Assembly (NCBI RefSeq): GCF_018977255.1 | Contig: NW_024704742.1 | Location: 135,596,001-135,660,000, forward strand | Origin: Callorhinchus milii | Taxonomy: Eukaryota | Direction: 5' to 3' | DNA length: 64,000 bases | Shown: in pieces, positions 24,372 to 38,080 of the stretch | Layout of the letters: each line of letters opens with the position of its first letter | Position numbering within the stretch: position 1 is the first letter of the stretch | Notes under the pieces: model-generated | Told to the model about the DNA's origin: nothing | Database searches by the model: none | What the model saw: the letters and a program-made list of their open reading frames with translations, nothing else | Position numbers and translations under genes: made by a program

Positions 24372-26280
24372 GTAAGCGGTCCATCAGCTATAACTCTTAT
24401 CTCTTCTCCATAATTGTGTTTAGACTCTGATCTGCTCTGACTCCACACTTGCCCGCAGATGATTTAATCACCTTTATTTTCCTAAAGATGTTTCACATCC
24501 ATCTGTTTACCCTATCCCAGAGAGGATTAGGTGTATGTTGGCAAGAGCTACGCATAGGGACCCCAGAGTTTGCATTGGGGCAACTGCTGGAAATTAACCA
24601 GCTCAAACCACATAGTTTTCCTTGATATCACTGTCTGGCAAGCTGTCCCCCTTCTTGTCCAGCGAGAACCACCCTACTACCTGTTAGGGCTTCGGCTTTC
24701 AGGGTTAACAGGAACTGAATGGGAGATTTCCCTGCCCCAGTGACTGGCTGCCCTTCCAGATCCTGCTGATCAGCTCGGATAGCTATTTGTTAGGTCAGGG
24801 TATCAAGGTATATTGGGGGAAAGGTGGGTAAATGGAGTTGAGGTACAGATCAGCCATGATCAAATAGAGTGGCGGAACAGGGGAACAGAATGGATAGAAT
24901 AGAATGGCGAAACAGATGGGCTGAATGTTCCTATGTAAATTCCTATTCCTATGTTTCCGTGTAGTATCTCTCTTTCTCTCTCCTTCCTTTAATATTCTTC
25001 CTCATCAGCGTCTATTGAATTCCCTTTAAGCAAACCTATGGACTCTTCCATTGATATTGATTTATGGCCAGGAAATCCACGTTCCACCCACCCTCTGAAC
25101 TGAGATATTTTATCATCATCTCCCTGTAAAAATCTGCATAATAACCTGTGTACTTACCTTTACCCTTGATTTGTGCCCAACTGACCGACCAGTGGGAATT
25201 ATCTGTAACCCTTTAACCTGTCTGGTAACCCTTCGTGATCCCGAGGATCTCTGTCAGGCTCCCTTAACCGTTTAACCCTCTCAGCGCCAGCCAAAGACAA
25301 GTCATTGTCGTTGTTGTTGAGAGTCCTTTCACATTGTAAGGATGATGACAGCAACTTGCATATCTCCACATCACTCTTCATGTAGGGTTGCGTCTCAAAG
25401 AGCTTTACAGTGGTGGGGGCGTGTGGCAAGCAAGGGAGGAGGGCGTGGGGGAGTTAAAGACGGATAGAAAGGGGATGAAAAGGAGAGATAGAGGGTGTGA
25501 GATGAGTGGATGGAGGGATCAATTTCAAGATCCTCACACTCGTCTTCAAATTCCTTCATGCCCTTGCACTTCCTTGCCTCTCCAACCTGCTTACTCCCCA
25601 ACCCACTATCCATTGCCTCTGCTCGGCTAGCTCTGGCCTCCTGCTTGTCCCTTGTCCCATCCTTTCTACCATCGGTGGCTGCTCTTCCAGCCACTATGGC
25701 CTGAAACTCTGGAACAGTTTCCTCGATTCCTCCGCTTTGCCCCCTTCCTTCACTATCTTCAGGTCGTGCCTGAAGACCTTCAACGGTCAATTCCCCCCAG
25801 CTCGGTGTCATGCCCTGCCACTGTCCGGCACTCTGGTTAGGGGCATAGTGACTCAATCTTCTGAGTTAAAAACAAACGAATTCAGGGGGTGAGACGGAGG
25901 GATGGGATGGGTGAGGTGAAGAGTTAATCCCTCCTCCATTCCCCCAAAAATAATTTGGCCACTCAATCCACAACGATTTGTGGGACGCTGCTGTGTGCAA
26001 TTGGCTGCCACATTTTCGCCCACAAAATAGAGTCAATTCACTTTACAGTATATTCTGTGAAGCGCTTTGAGACGTCTCAAGGTGATAAGGCTCTACATCA
26101 AATGCAAAGATCATTATTCTGATGTGAACCTGAACAAACACAGGATACATAACTGAAGAAATATCTGATGTTAAAGATTTTTTTAATTTATCTTGGAAAA
26201 CAGGAGGCGACCACAACAACAACTTGTGTTTACATAGTGCCCCCACGCAGGATAGTGCCTGGAGCACTGGATTAGCTTTC

Positions 26281-26397
26281 ATGATGCACTGTAAGGAACC
26301 CAATCCCTTGGTTATCCAAGGCCCCGGGGGTGGAACAAAAGACATCAGCCTCCAATGCACTAAGCAGATCAGGGACGAGACGGAATACATCAAAAAG
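26281..26397 (+). CDS. CCDC68: CCDC68 coding exon 1 (MMHCKEP...DETEYIKK)
   Basis: Acceptor ccccacgcag at 26250, ATG at 26281, AAG|gtaaga donor. The 39 codons end in ETEYIKK (human ETEYVKK also ends at residue 39, as recalled). Synteny between TCF4 and RAB27B supports the call. Confidence 0.8.
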
Positions 26398-27103
26398 GTA
26401 AGATAAAAACCTCAGAAAATTCATCCAGGGCACTGCTGATGACAACACAGCCAGTCCAGCTCAACAGCAGGTCCCGGAAGGGCAGACCAGTCACTAGGGG
26501 CAGGAATCCTCCCACTCAGCTCCTGTTAATCTTGCAAGCCAAAGGCCTAACAGGTAGGGTGGTCCTAACTGGACAAGCAGCGGGAAAGCTTGCCAGACAG
26601 TGATATCAATGGCAAGCTATGCTGTTTTAGCTGGTTAGACTCCAGCAGTTAACCCAACGCACACTCTAAGTCTTGGCTCTTGCCAATCTGCACCTAATAT
26701 TTTCCAGAATTAGGTAAGCAGAATGCATCCCTCCAGGGAGCAAGAGTGCACATTCCATTCCAGTGAATATCTCTGCAATTTCCATGTGTAGGCGGGAAGC
26801 ATGGATTCTCAGTTTGGTTTGGATACTCTTAAGCACTGTGATGGGTTCCCCTAGTGTGTCAGACCATTATACCTGCGCTGGACGTTTGATAAACGATCCA
26901 TTCGGTGGGGAGGGAAATGGAAGAAAAAAGAGCAATTAATTTGGGCGGGAGGAGTGAAAATTACTGGATACACTAAATTACTTGCGATGTTCAATCTTAA
27001 GGAGAAAAGGATCTTGTAGGCTAAGCACAGTGAGAATTTGTTATTTGTTATGGCTCCGGTTGTTATTGTCCTTTATTCCACTCTTCCCTTTCTGCCGGTT
27101 CAG

Positions 27104-27187
27104 ATGCGAGTCACGTTACAAACATTACGGATGCGGATGTTTGGGAAGAATGATGGAGTCAACAGCCAACAGGGGCAAGATACAAAG
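27104..27187 (+). CDS. CCDC68: CCDC68 coding exon 2 (MRVTLQTLRMRMFGK...)
   Basis: Pyrimidine tract + cag acceptor, AAG|gtacac donor. Similar to IRTTLQKIRTQMF. Phase 0. Confidence 0.8.
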
Positions 27188-30100
27188 GTACACAACAGCT
27201 GTGTTAGAAGGTTGTGGGTTCAAACCCCACATCACTGCTTAGAATCACAAATGTAGCAGCCCATTTGCACACAGCAATTCCCACGCACAGCTGTGAAGTG
27301 AATGATACAATACAAATTACGTGTGTATAGCGTCTTTCACGTTGGGAGAATGTTCCAAGGCACTAAACAGTCAGGTATTTGGACCCGAGCAGGAGGCTGG
27401 ATCAGGGATGGTGGAGGGCAGGCAGGGGTTGGAGGGTGACCGAAGATGCGGTCAAAGAGAAGGGTCTTGAGACGAGACTTAAAGGAGGCAAGGGAGTGAG
27501 TGATCGAAGGGACTGTGGGATGGAGTTCCAAAGGGATGGGGGGTAGAATGATCAATATTATCTAGGAATTAGATAAGCTGATACTCCAGTGCAGTACTGG
27601 AGTGTGTTGAATTGTTGGGAGTGCCGATCTTCGGATGAGACCTTAAACCATTTGTACAGCGCCCTTCTGGTGTCTCAGAGCACTTAACACGTGGAGCCTG
27701 ATGCCGAGTGGGGAGAAAAGGGAGAGTACCATAAGCACGGTCGAAGAGAAAAGTCTTCAGGTGAGATCTGAGGGAGCAAGATGGAGGGATCGAGGCAGGG
27801 AGTACCAGACATTTGGGGCACAGTTAGCTGAAAGCACGACCGCCAATGGTGGAGCGGAGGGGTCGAGGGACGCGTGGCTTTGTGAATACACATCAATTTT
27901 AGGTTTATTCAGCGCCTTTCAAGACCAGAGGAGTTCTCAAAGTGATTGACTCTATTGGCTGGACACCCAAGCTGGGAGGGTGAGGGCCGGATAGGGTGGG
28001 AAAGAGAAAGATGACCGAAAGCGCGGTCAAAGAGGTATGTCTTGAGGCGGGCGTTGAATTTTTTTCACACAGAATAGTTGGATATGAAAACTGGGAAGAA
28101 TGGTTGAGGCAGAATTCATATTAGCTTATAGAAGGGAACTACATCAATACCTAAAAGGTGTTAAATTGATAGATGTGTAAAAACAGAATCAGATAGATGT
28201 CTAAATTGGAACTAGATAGATACGTAAAAAGGATTGCTATGACTTACATCGATAAATACATTTTATAAGATAAAAAAATGCGGTCACTCAATCCACCAAC
28301 TCGACTGTTTGTGGGACACTGCAAAGCATACAAAATATACAGTCAATTCACCTCACAATATATTTTGTGAAGCGCTTTGAGATGTCTCGAAGATGTAATA
28401 AGGGGCTATATAACAAATGCAAGGTTAGTAATATATATTTGTATAGCAACTTGGGACATCTTTCTGGCGTGAAAGGAACTGATTAAATGTAATTTGTCAA
28501 AAGGGTATGGGGGGAAAGGGCAGGTATGGGATGGAAAGGATTGCTCCGTAATAGAGTCAGCATAGAATTGATGGGGAAAGAGGGAGGCAAGATGAAGGGG
28601 TTGAGGGAGGGAGTTCCATAGCTTCGGGGCATCGTGGCTGAAGGCACGGCCACCGATGGTGGAGCGGAGGATTCGATCAGTTTGGATGAAGAAGGCCCCC
28701 TTCAACCCATCTGATCCCAACCTTCCAGAACACCAGCATTACCATCCTCCCATCACAGTATCAAGCTACTCTGTTTAAAAAAATGAACGCCCACCACCCT
28801 TCCTGGTGACTTGTTCCGGTCATTAATTACCCGCTGGAGAGATAGTGTTGCAATTAGCTCATGCTGATACTGCTTAAGCACAAGGAGAAACATGTGAAAC
28901 AAAGTGGAGAGTTACAGGACAGGCTATACAGGTTTAAACACCAATGGGTGGCTCCCGACTAATGTGTATTGTTTGGTGCTAATCCCAACAGTACGCCAAA
29001 AACCACTTACAGATAGATTCCAAAGCTCACATCGAAAGTGCAGGGACAACTTGCACTCATACGCAGAGTAGCATCTCGTCCAAAATAGATTTGGTCTCTG
29101 TCTCACGACAGTGAGCCAGAGACCAAATACATTTTGGGGAAAAACGTTGTTGTGGGTTGCGGTGAAAGAAACAAGGGTGTGACATCTGTTGGGTTTCATC
29201 AACGCATTCCTTTTGGGATGTGCAACGTAAACTGTGATCAGGAAACACTGCTAATGTCACTTCCTGCACGTGTACATATAATAATGATAATCCTTGTATT
29301 TGATGCAGTTTATCACATCTCAAAGCACTTCACAGAATATTCTGTAAAATAGAGTGACTGTATTTTGTGGGCGAAAGTATACACGGGAAGCACCGCTAAC
29401 CACGCTTTGCGCACACCGCGCGTATGGGCACTATACACAGGAAGCGCCGCTGATGTCACTATGTGTGCTATGAACAGGAAGCTCCTGAACATTGCACATC
29501 GCACACGGAGTTAGTAGCGCTGATGCAGTCAGTTTAAGGAGAAAGTCACATCAGTACTACTTTCTGCACATTCCTTTCCACATGCGGGAAGCAACATAAA
29601 TAACCTAACAATCCTGGGAGCGCCGATAGACACCCCTTTATAACATTTATCCACTGCAATCACCCTCTATACAGTCCTCCTCTTTTCCCAGCCCAACCCC
29701 TCTTCAAATCCTGGAGCTCTTGAGTTCCCAAATCCCACTTGTTGTTCCCTTTGAAATGCTGTCCCTCCCATAGCCCCACCCTTCCTCCCACACTGATGGT
29801 ATCTCTGGCACAGTTACAAAGAGGATGAGAACAGCAGTGCCCTGAGGCTATCAGAGGTTCTTATTGTCGTCCTTTGAGAGCCAGACACAACAGAAAGTGG
29901 AGCACTGAGCAACAGGCCATAACGTCAGCCCATTCTCCGAAATGGGAGGCACTCATTTTACTAACTAATGAAAAATTAAAGCCAGATTGATCAAATATTT
30001 ACACGGGGCATAAAATATGCATTTTAAAAAGCCATTGACTTGTAAATAGGACGGCAAAGAAGCTGACTTTAGTTGCTATGTTCAATCGGGAACAAGTCAT

Positions 30101-30775
30101 GGACTACTCGCGCCTCACCTCTGTGGTGCGTCTGAGGAGGCACTTGACTGGGTCAACATTGCAGGAACAGAGGCCATTCGCGGGTGTGTCAGCCTAACTC
30201 TCATCGCTGCGTTAGAAGATTGTGGGTTCAAGCCCCTCTCTGGGACTTTGAGCTTACAGTCTACGCTTACACTCCAGTGCAGCGCTGGGGGCAGCACTGC
30301 ATTGTTGGAGGTGCTGTCCTTTGGATGAGATGCTAACCTGAGGTTCCACCTGTGTGTGTCCAGGTGGATGTTAAACATCCCGTGGCCCTATTGAAAAAGA
30401 GAAGGGAGTTTCTCTCTCCCAAATGTTCTTTGTTATTTTGGGGCGTTCTCAGACCCCAAATTACACAGTCACTCCACTCTACAGATATGTTCTGTAAAGC
30501 GCTTTGAGGAGTCTCAACGATATCAAATGCAAAGGCCTCCGGTCCAGGTTTGCGGTGGCATACATTGTAGTGGTGGGTTACGGTGACAAGATGCAGTGGT
30601 GGGTTGCAGTGGTGGGTTGCAACGACAACAACAAGTTAATAACGTGTACTTATATAGTGCCCCTTACACAGGGGTAGCATCTCAGAGCGCTTGTAAGTGG
30701 AGTGATGGATTGAGGTGGTGGGTTGCGATGGTGGGCTGCGGAGTTTATTGCGTTCTGCCGCTTCTTATCTTGCAG

Positions 30776-30925
30776 GGTCTGTCACAGGAAGGGGCTGAGG
30801 AGAGCGATCCCGAGCAGAGCGTGGCGAAGCTGGGCGTCCAGCATCAGCAGCTCCTGGCTGACGTCGAGGCCCGGGACACTCGGCTTCATGCCGTTCGGGC
30901 GGAAAACCAAGAGCTGTCACTAAAG
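30776..30925 (+). CDS. CCDC68: CCDC68 coding exon 3 (...LHAVRAENQELSLK)
   Basis: ttgcag acceptor and AAG|gtatga donor. The end resembles LLEMNKENEVLKIK. Phase 0. Confidence 0.8.
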
Positions 30926-31544
30926 GTATGAGGTTTCAGCCATTGTGGCAGCACTGTAACAACAACAACAACGACGTGCGTTTATATAGCATCTCAGAGC
31001 GCTCCACAGTGGTAGAGCATGATAGGAGGACGGGGAGGTGACCGTAAGCATGGTCGAAGAGGAAGATCTTTAGGCACAAAGGAAGGGGGCAAGGTGAAGG
31101 GATAGAAGAAGAGTGTTCCAGCGTTTCGGGGACTTGGTGGCTGAAAGCACGGCCACTCATGGTGGAACTGAGGTCACGAGGGACAAGCAGAAGGTCGGAG
31201 CCAGTCGAGCAGAGGTGGATAATGGATGAAAACCAGCCGAGAGGGGCTGGGGTCTATATGAGAAAGGTTCTCGTGTTGGCACAGTCTTGGTCTCTCCCCT
31301 GAAGTTTTATCAGTTCGCCTATACAACATATTTCACACTAATGCACATCTAATACACATCCCCCATCCCCCTCTCAGCAATTTCCAACAACAACAAATTG
31401 CATCCCAAAGTGCGCAATATTTCTCGGCTCAGATGAGTTGGAGTAAATTTGGGGCCTTTCAAAACTATGGCCAGGGTTTAATTGTGGCAATGGTTAATTT
31501 TGGAGCTCTTATTTACGATGCTTCGGATCATAGTCTTGTCATAG

Positions 31545-31900
31545 ATGTCAGCCTGGCTCAGTTGGTATCACCCTCTCCTCTGAGTCAGATGGTCGTGGGT
31601 TCAAGCCCCATGTTAGAACTTTGAACTCATTGTCCATGGGTTGAGGGGAGCCCTGAATTATCAGAGGTGCCGTCCTTCAGCTGAGATGTTAAACCGAGGT
31701 CCCGTTTGTACCCGTTCAGGTGGATGTTAAAGATCCTGTTGCGCTATTCGATAAAAGAAGGGAGTTTCACTCTCCATTTGGCCAACAATCATCCAGATAC
31801 AACTGGCCCCTCACCCCATGGCTGTTTGCGGGACACTGCTTGTGCACAAATAGGCCTGTGAAGCACTTTGCGATGTACTCCCGATGTTAAAAGCACTACA
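31545..31900 (+). mobile_element. DeuSINE-like SINE (SacSINE1-like), near full length
   Basis: gtcagcctggctcagttgg...ctgagtcaga.ggt.gtgggttcaagcccca...gaggtgccgtc.ttc.g.tgagatgttaaaccgagg.cccgt...ttcaggtggatgttaaagatcc...gctgtttg.gggacactgct. Related copies at ~30190-30420, ~33330-33548(-), ~39880-40240, ~56035-56425(-) and ~61295-61700. Confidence 0.75.
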
Positions 31901-32486
31901 ACAAAGGCAATTTATTTTTATTATTATACATGAGTCCACTAGAGGTCAGCCTTTCTTCTGCTGAGTAAACTATAATAATAATATTCCTTGCGTTTGCATC
32001 CTTACGTCTCAACACATGGTTGAGTCGTCTCAAAGGATATACTGTAAAGTAGAATGATTGTGGGTTAAAGACAGCAGTCAATTCACTTTACAGTATATTC
32101 TGCGAAGCGCTTTAAAACGTCTCAACGACATGATAAGGCGCTACAGCAAATGCAAGGATTATCATTATTATTATTGTGATCTACATTTAAAGGAAAAATC
32201 CATGTGATTTTTCACTGGATGTTTCAGTGTGATGTCAAAAACTATTCAGCTGATTTATTGAATGAGAGTCATTACAGGGCAAACTGTGTTCTCTCAAAGA
32301 ATATTTGCAATTAACATTTAATCTATTGATCAATATTTGCAATATTTGCAAGTAAAGAAAATTATGAAAAGACTGGGAATAATAATAATCGCATACAGCA
32401 ATATCCCACAAACAGCTTTGGAGTGAGTGACTAACTTTATTTGGGGGTTTGTTGGCCAGGACAGCAGGAGAGAGAAAGCCCCTTCT

Positions 32487-33322
32487 GTTAGACATCAAGT
32501 CCTGGATGAGAGCTAACCTTCTTCAGTTGAACGTCAACAAGACCGAGGTTCTCCTAATTAGCTCCCGTCAGCGCCTCCTCACCTCAAGCGCTGACAGCAT
32601 CACCATCCATGGTTTCACTCCACCCCACTAAGCCAGTCCGGAACCTCGGGGTCTTGATTGACCTTCAACTATCCTTTCTACCGCACATCTGCACTATGAC
32701 CTGCTCCGCTTTCCCCCACCTCCAACACTGTCTCACACCGCAGGCCGCCGAAACCCTCATACACGCCTTCATTACACCAGGGCTCGACTATGCAAACTCA
32801 TTGCTTGTCGGCCTCCGCAACTCCTCCCTCCATAGGTGCAGATGATCCAGAACTCTGCAGCCCGTGTCCTCTCCTGCACTAGACTCCGAGACCCTATCAC
32901 CCCCATCCTCGCCCAACTCCGCTGGCTTCGCAACACATAGAGGATACAGTTCAAGATCCTGGTCCTCACCTTCAAAACCCTCCATGCCCTTGCTCTCCTC
33001 CGACCTCCTAACCCTCTACCACCCTGCTCGCCCCCTCCGCTCAGCGGGCTCCGGCCTGCTTCACGTCCCCCGCCTTGCTTGCTTCACTATCGGCGGGTGG
33101 GCCACTCTGCCCCACCCTCTGGATCTCCATCCCGCAGTCCCTCTGTCTTGCCCCTTCCCTTGCCACCTTCAAGACCCACCTCAAGACCCTTCTCTTCGAC
33201 CTTGCTTTTAATCCCCCTGCTTCCCCCCCAACTCGGGTCCGAAACTCTGTCTGTCCAGCGCTTTGGGACGTCCTCCCGACGTGAAAGGTGCTATAAAATG
33301 TAATTTTATTGTTGTTGTTGTT
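32487..33322 (+). mobile_element. L2 LINE 3' portion
   Basis: DIKSWMRANLLQLNVNKTEVLLI, VRNLGVLID..LSF, AETLIHAFITPGLDYANSLL, FKTHLKTLLF, plus the L2 tail and (TTG)n. Confidence 0.92.
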
Positions 33323-34153
33323 CTCTTTTCGTATAGCACCGTGGGATCTTTAACATCCATTTGAAAAGGCAGATGGGACCTCGGTTTAAAGTCTCATCCG
33401 AAGGACGGCACCTCCGACAATGGAGCGTTCCCCCAGCGCTGTATTGGAATGTCAGCTTAGACGATGTGATTCCAAGTCCCAACGTGGGGCTTGAACCCAC
33501 AACTTTTTGACTCAGAGTCGAGAGCGCTACCCCTGAGCTGGCTGACACGTAATTATTATTATTGAACACAAGGAACGACATTTAACAGTCCAGGCCGATG
33601 CTCCTGTTTACCTGCTTACTGCCAGGGGAGGGGGGAAGCGCTGGATTGTTGCAGCTGTCGTCCTTCAGGATTCAAAGTGCCATTCGCGCTTGTTGGGGTG
33701 GATGTTAATGATCCTGTGGCACCTCGTCATAGACTGTCAAACGGTCTCATAGCACATCACAGGCTGTTGCTGTCAGCTCTGATGGCTGCCCGGTTGATCA
33801 CAGCAGAAATGAATGATCAGTTTTATCTTGGGGATTGAGAAACATCCTCTCGTTTCCAATTGAACAGCCACCTGAACAGGCACAGAGGTGGAGCTTGATT
33901 TAACGTCTCATCTGAAGGCCGGCGCCTCCAATAATGTAGCGTTCACCCCCGAGTATCGCACTCGAGTTGCCAGCCTAGGCTGTGAGCTCAAAGTACCCGA
34001 CGTTGGGGCTTCAACCCACAAGCTTCTGACACAGAGGGAACAAACCTGATATATCTCACTGTGACTGAGTCAGGAACTCGGTCTGACTATGTGAACTCTC
34101 TCCTCCCTCCCTCTACTCTCTCTCTCTCTTCCCTCCCTCCCTCCTGCCTACAG

Positions 34154-34267
34154 CTGGAGGCCACACAGCAGGCCGGAGCCTCCGCCATCAAAGAAGTCAC
34201 CCGTAGATTTCAGAGCCGCATGGAGGTGCTCGAGGAACAGCAAGCCCAGGAGAGGAGCAACCTACAG
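34154..34267 (+). CDS. CCDC68: CCDC68 coding exon 4 (LEATQQAGASAIKEVTRRF...)
   Basis: tacag acceptor and CAG|gtcagc donor. Matches LQASREAGAAALRNVAQRL. Confidence 0.85.
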
Positions 34268-34736
34268 GTCAGCGGGGGTGGGGAGCGGGTTGGGCGAAGG
34301 GAGAGGGTGGGGGAGTGGGGGAGGGTCGGTGGGGGGATAGGAGGTGGTGGGCAGCGTGAGAATTGCGGTTTGGTCAGTGGGTGGGGAGGGTGTGGGGGAC
34401 GCGGTGTATGAGCGGGTGGTGGAAGGGCAGCGGTGGGGAGGAAGGTGGGGTGGCCAGTGGCAGAGGGGAGCGATTGGAGGTGGTGGGTGCTGTGGCAAAT
34501 GGAGGTGGTCAGTGGGTGGGAGGGGGGTGATTGGGAAATGGTGGGCAGGGGGGAGAGTGGTGGGTGGGGGGGTGACCAATGCTGGGGTGGAGGTCGGTGG
34601 CAGATTGTATGATCGGTGGGATGAGGTGGAGGAGAGATTTGGATCAGTCTAAATCCTGTTAATGTTATTATTATCACTGTTATTATTATTATTGTTGTTA
34701 TTATTATTGTTATTATTGTTATTACTTTCATTTCAG

Positions 34737-34865
34737 GCCTTCGCTGAGGAACAAGAGCAAACTCTGGAACAGAAAATGGAGACTTTAAACAGGACAATGT
34801 CCCAGCTACAGGAGAGGCAGCACAGAATGGGGGAGCTGGAAAGGTTGATAGAGCGAATGGAGAAG
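34737..34865 (+). CDS. CCDC68: CCDC68 coding exon 5 (...ELERLIERMEK)
   Basis: tttcag acceptor and AAG|gtaagt donor. Matches EQKL..ENLNQ..ELENLVQRMEK. Coiled-coil heptads. Confidence 0.88.
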
Positions 34866-35577
34866 GTAAGTAGATGTTAGGGCATGGAATCGTGGCAGAT
34901 AATTTTCCTAAATTTTCTAATGTTCCCCCGACACGTGATGATTTCTGTTTGCCTGGAGTGAAGCGGGCATTCTCTCTCCAAAGGGATGCCCCTCGCTCAG
35001 CTGAATCCGGAGAGTATCAGGTGCAGGTTGGCAGGAGCCAAGGCTTGGGGGCACCCAGAGGGTGTGTTGGGACAACTGCTGGAGTCTAACCTGCTAAAAC
35101 CGCATTGAGAGCAAGCTTTCCTGCTGCTTGTCCAGCGAGGACCACCCTACCCATTAGTGCTTTGGTTTGCAATTAAGGTTTTTGTTTTTGTTGTTGCAAG
35201 TTCTGACCTTGAGCGATGTTAAACGGAGGTTAGGTCATGCCTTGTGCCTGTTCAGGTGGACGTTAAAGGTCCCTCGGCGCCATTCAAAAAGAGAAGGGAG
35301 TTTCTCCTGGTGTCCTGGGCAACAATCTTCCAACTAAAATTGGCCATTGCTTTATGACTTTTTGTGGAACGTTGCTGCGCGCAAATTGGCTGCCAATTTT
35401 ACCTACAATGTATACAATCACTGCCCTTTACAGTAAATCCTGTGAAGCGCTTTGAGACGTCTCAATGACTTGATAAGGCGCCATATCAAATGCGAGCATT
35501 ATTATTGTTAAAGACAAGGATTATTATAAAATAATGATGAAATACAGTAAAAGACTATTATCTATTTTGTTGTGTAG

Positions 35578-35672
35578 GAGAAGCATGAGCTAACGGAGAG
35601 GAAACAATCCGTGGAGGAAGAGATGGAAAATAGAAAAACTAATGTTGTGGGGAATCGATACAAGCCAACTAG
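35578..35672 (+). CDS. CCDC68: CCDC68 coding exon 6 (EKHELTERKQSVEEEM...)
   Basis: tgtag acceptor and AG|gtagga donor (phase 2). Matches EKRTLLERKLSLE. Not in the supplied ORF track. Confidence 0.8.
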
Positions 35673-37217
35673 GTAGGAGATTTGTGAACGTCCACTGTTA
35701 ACCTGGATCACTTGTAAAATCATAGAATCTTAGAATCTTACAGCACAGAAGGAGGCCATTCGGCCCATCATGCCTGTGCTGGCTCTTTGAAAGAGATACC
35801 CAACTAGTCCCACTTCCCCCGCTCTTACTCCATTGCCTTGCAGATGGTTTTCTTTTCAATTATCTATCGAATTCTCTTCAGAAAGTTATTATTCAACCTG
35901 CTTCCGCCACCCTTTCAGGCACTTCACACCACTAGGATCAGAGTGTACTAGGCTAATACTAAGGAGAATTTCTGACCTCTGCTGTCTATCCAGTTACTCT
36001 GCCGTCCTTAGTATTATAATACTACTACTAATAATAACAATACATTCCACCCACAAAATATACAGTCTCTACGCTTTATAATATATTCTGTGAAGCACTT
36101 TGAGACTTCTGGAAGATATGGATAATGCACTACATCAAATGCAAAGAGTATTAATAATCTTTACATTTACTATGGCGCTTTCACATCCGGAGTCTATTTC
36201 AAATCGTTTCACAGGACATGCTGTAAAGTGTAGAGACTGTATATTTTATAGAGACTGTATATTTTATGGGTGACACTCGTAGGCTAATTTGCACTTAGAA
36301 ATGACCCACAAACAGCCATCGGGCGAGTTATCTGAGGGTGGGGAGGGGGTACAGGGCCAGAAAGGTTTAATATCTCATCCGCTAGACAGCACTCCTGATG
36401 CTGGAGTACATCCCAGCACTGGGTTACAGTATCAGCCTAGACTGAGTGAGTTCAAAGTCCCCGACATGGGATATTGTGACAAGTTAGGCAGATACTTCCC
36501 TTCCTTCTAACGTATCACCCCTATCTCCGCCCGGCTCCACTCGCTCCCCATCTCCCAGAGGATAGAGTTTAAATTCTTCGTCCTCGCTTTCAATGCCCTC
36601 ATTACTTTGCACCTCCTTACCTCTGTGACTTGCTATATCAACCTGTCCGCTCCCTCTACTTGGCAGACTCTGGCCTGCTTCATGTCCCCTGCCCTGGCCA
36701 CCCCAACATCGGCGGTCAGGCCTTCAGCCTCTCTGCCCCCACTCTCTGGAGCTCCATCCCACAATCCCTCTGCCTCGCCCCCTCCCTTGCCTCCTTCATG
36801 CCCAGTCTCAAGACCTTACTCTTTGATCACATCTTCGCTCACCCTCCTTCTCCTGCCCTCCCTGCCCTCCAGCCGTCCTGATCCCAGCCCCCAAATCCCT
36901 GACTATCCAGAGTTTGAGAAGTCCTCCCAATGTGGAAGGTACTACACAAATGAAACTCTGGAACACTCTCCCTCAATCCCTCCACCTTGTCCCCTCCTTC
37001 CCCATCTTCATGTCGCGCATGAAGACCTTCTTCTTCGACCGTGCCTCGGGTCACCTCCTCCCTCCCCCCCCCCCAGCTCGGAGTTGTGCTCCGCCACTGT
37101 CAAGGCCTTGGGCTCCACACCATTGTTAAGCGCTCTGAGATGCCGTCCGGCGTCTCAGAGCACTTGTTGTTGTTGTTCCTTGCTATGATGACGATTCTTG
37201 GTTTGGTTTGTTAACAG

Positions 37218-37323
37218 AGCCCAGGACCTTCTCTTGGAAACAGCTATTCTACAGGAGAAGATCAGTCACCTGGACAACATGGTCTCCTACCAACAGCGTA
37301 ACCTTTTCACTGAGATCAACACG
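37218..37323 (+). CDS. CCDC68: CCDC68 coding exon 7 (AQDLLLETAILQEKISHLDNMVSYQQRNL...)
   Basis: aacag acceptor and ACG|gtgaga donor. Matches CQDLQREISILQEQISHLQFVIHSQHQNL. Phase-compatible with exon 6. Confidence 0.88.
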
Positions 37324-37387
37324 GTGAGATGTCAAGTGAGAATAGACCAGGGGGAGAGGGGAGGCATTGAATCACAGGCCCCCACAG

Positions 37388-37434
<47 letters not shown>

Positions 37435-38080
37435 CCTTGCACTGGGTCTCGCGCCTCCTCACGTCGGAAGAACATCTCAAAGCGTTTCACAGAAATTACT
37501 ATGAAATGGAGTAGCACAATTGCGGACAGCAACGTCTCACAAATGAACACAGCAGCCAGTTTGCACGTAACAATGTCTCACAAACACCCCTAAAGTGAAT
37601 GACTTATTTTATCTGGATTATTCTTGGCCAGGACACAAGGAGAAACTCCTTTTTTTCAAGTATTGCCATGGGATATGTAACGTACGCCCGAACAGGCAGA
37701 CTGGACCCCAGATGGTCTTACCTGAAGGATGGAACCACTGATAATACAACAGCACTGTATTGGAGTGTCAGCCTTGACTGTGGCAAATCAGTTGGTTAGT
37801 TACCTCACAGCTGTTTGTGGGACATTGCTGTGTGCGAAATTGGTTGCTGCATTCACCTAAAAACACACATTGTACAGTAAATCCTGTGAAGTGCTTTGAG
37901 ATGTTTTCCTGATGTGAAAGGCGCTGGACCAAATCTCTCGGTTACAATTATTTTATTTTAATTCCTCTTGAGTACATTTCTTTTTGCGTCAGATGACCTA
38001 GGAATGATGGTGTCTTTTCTTGCCCTTAAACAAGGGATGAATTTAATGTCTTTTCCGTCTGTCTTTGTTGCTCCTCACAG

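Noticed and set aside
34270..34640. G-rich strand with many G-quadruplex-like motifs (also throughout 1-16 kb)
   Set aside because: G/C runs are pervasive low-complexity sequence in this window, and nothing singles out a functional G4.
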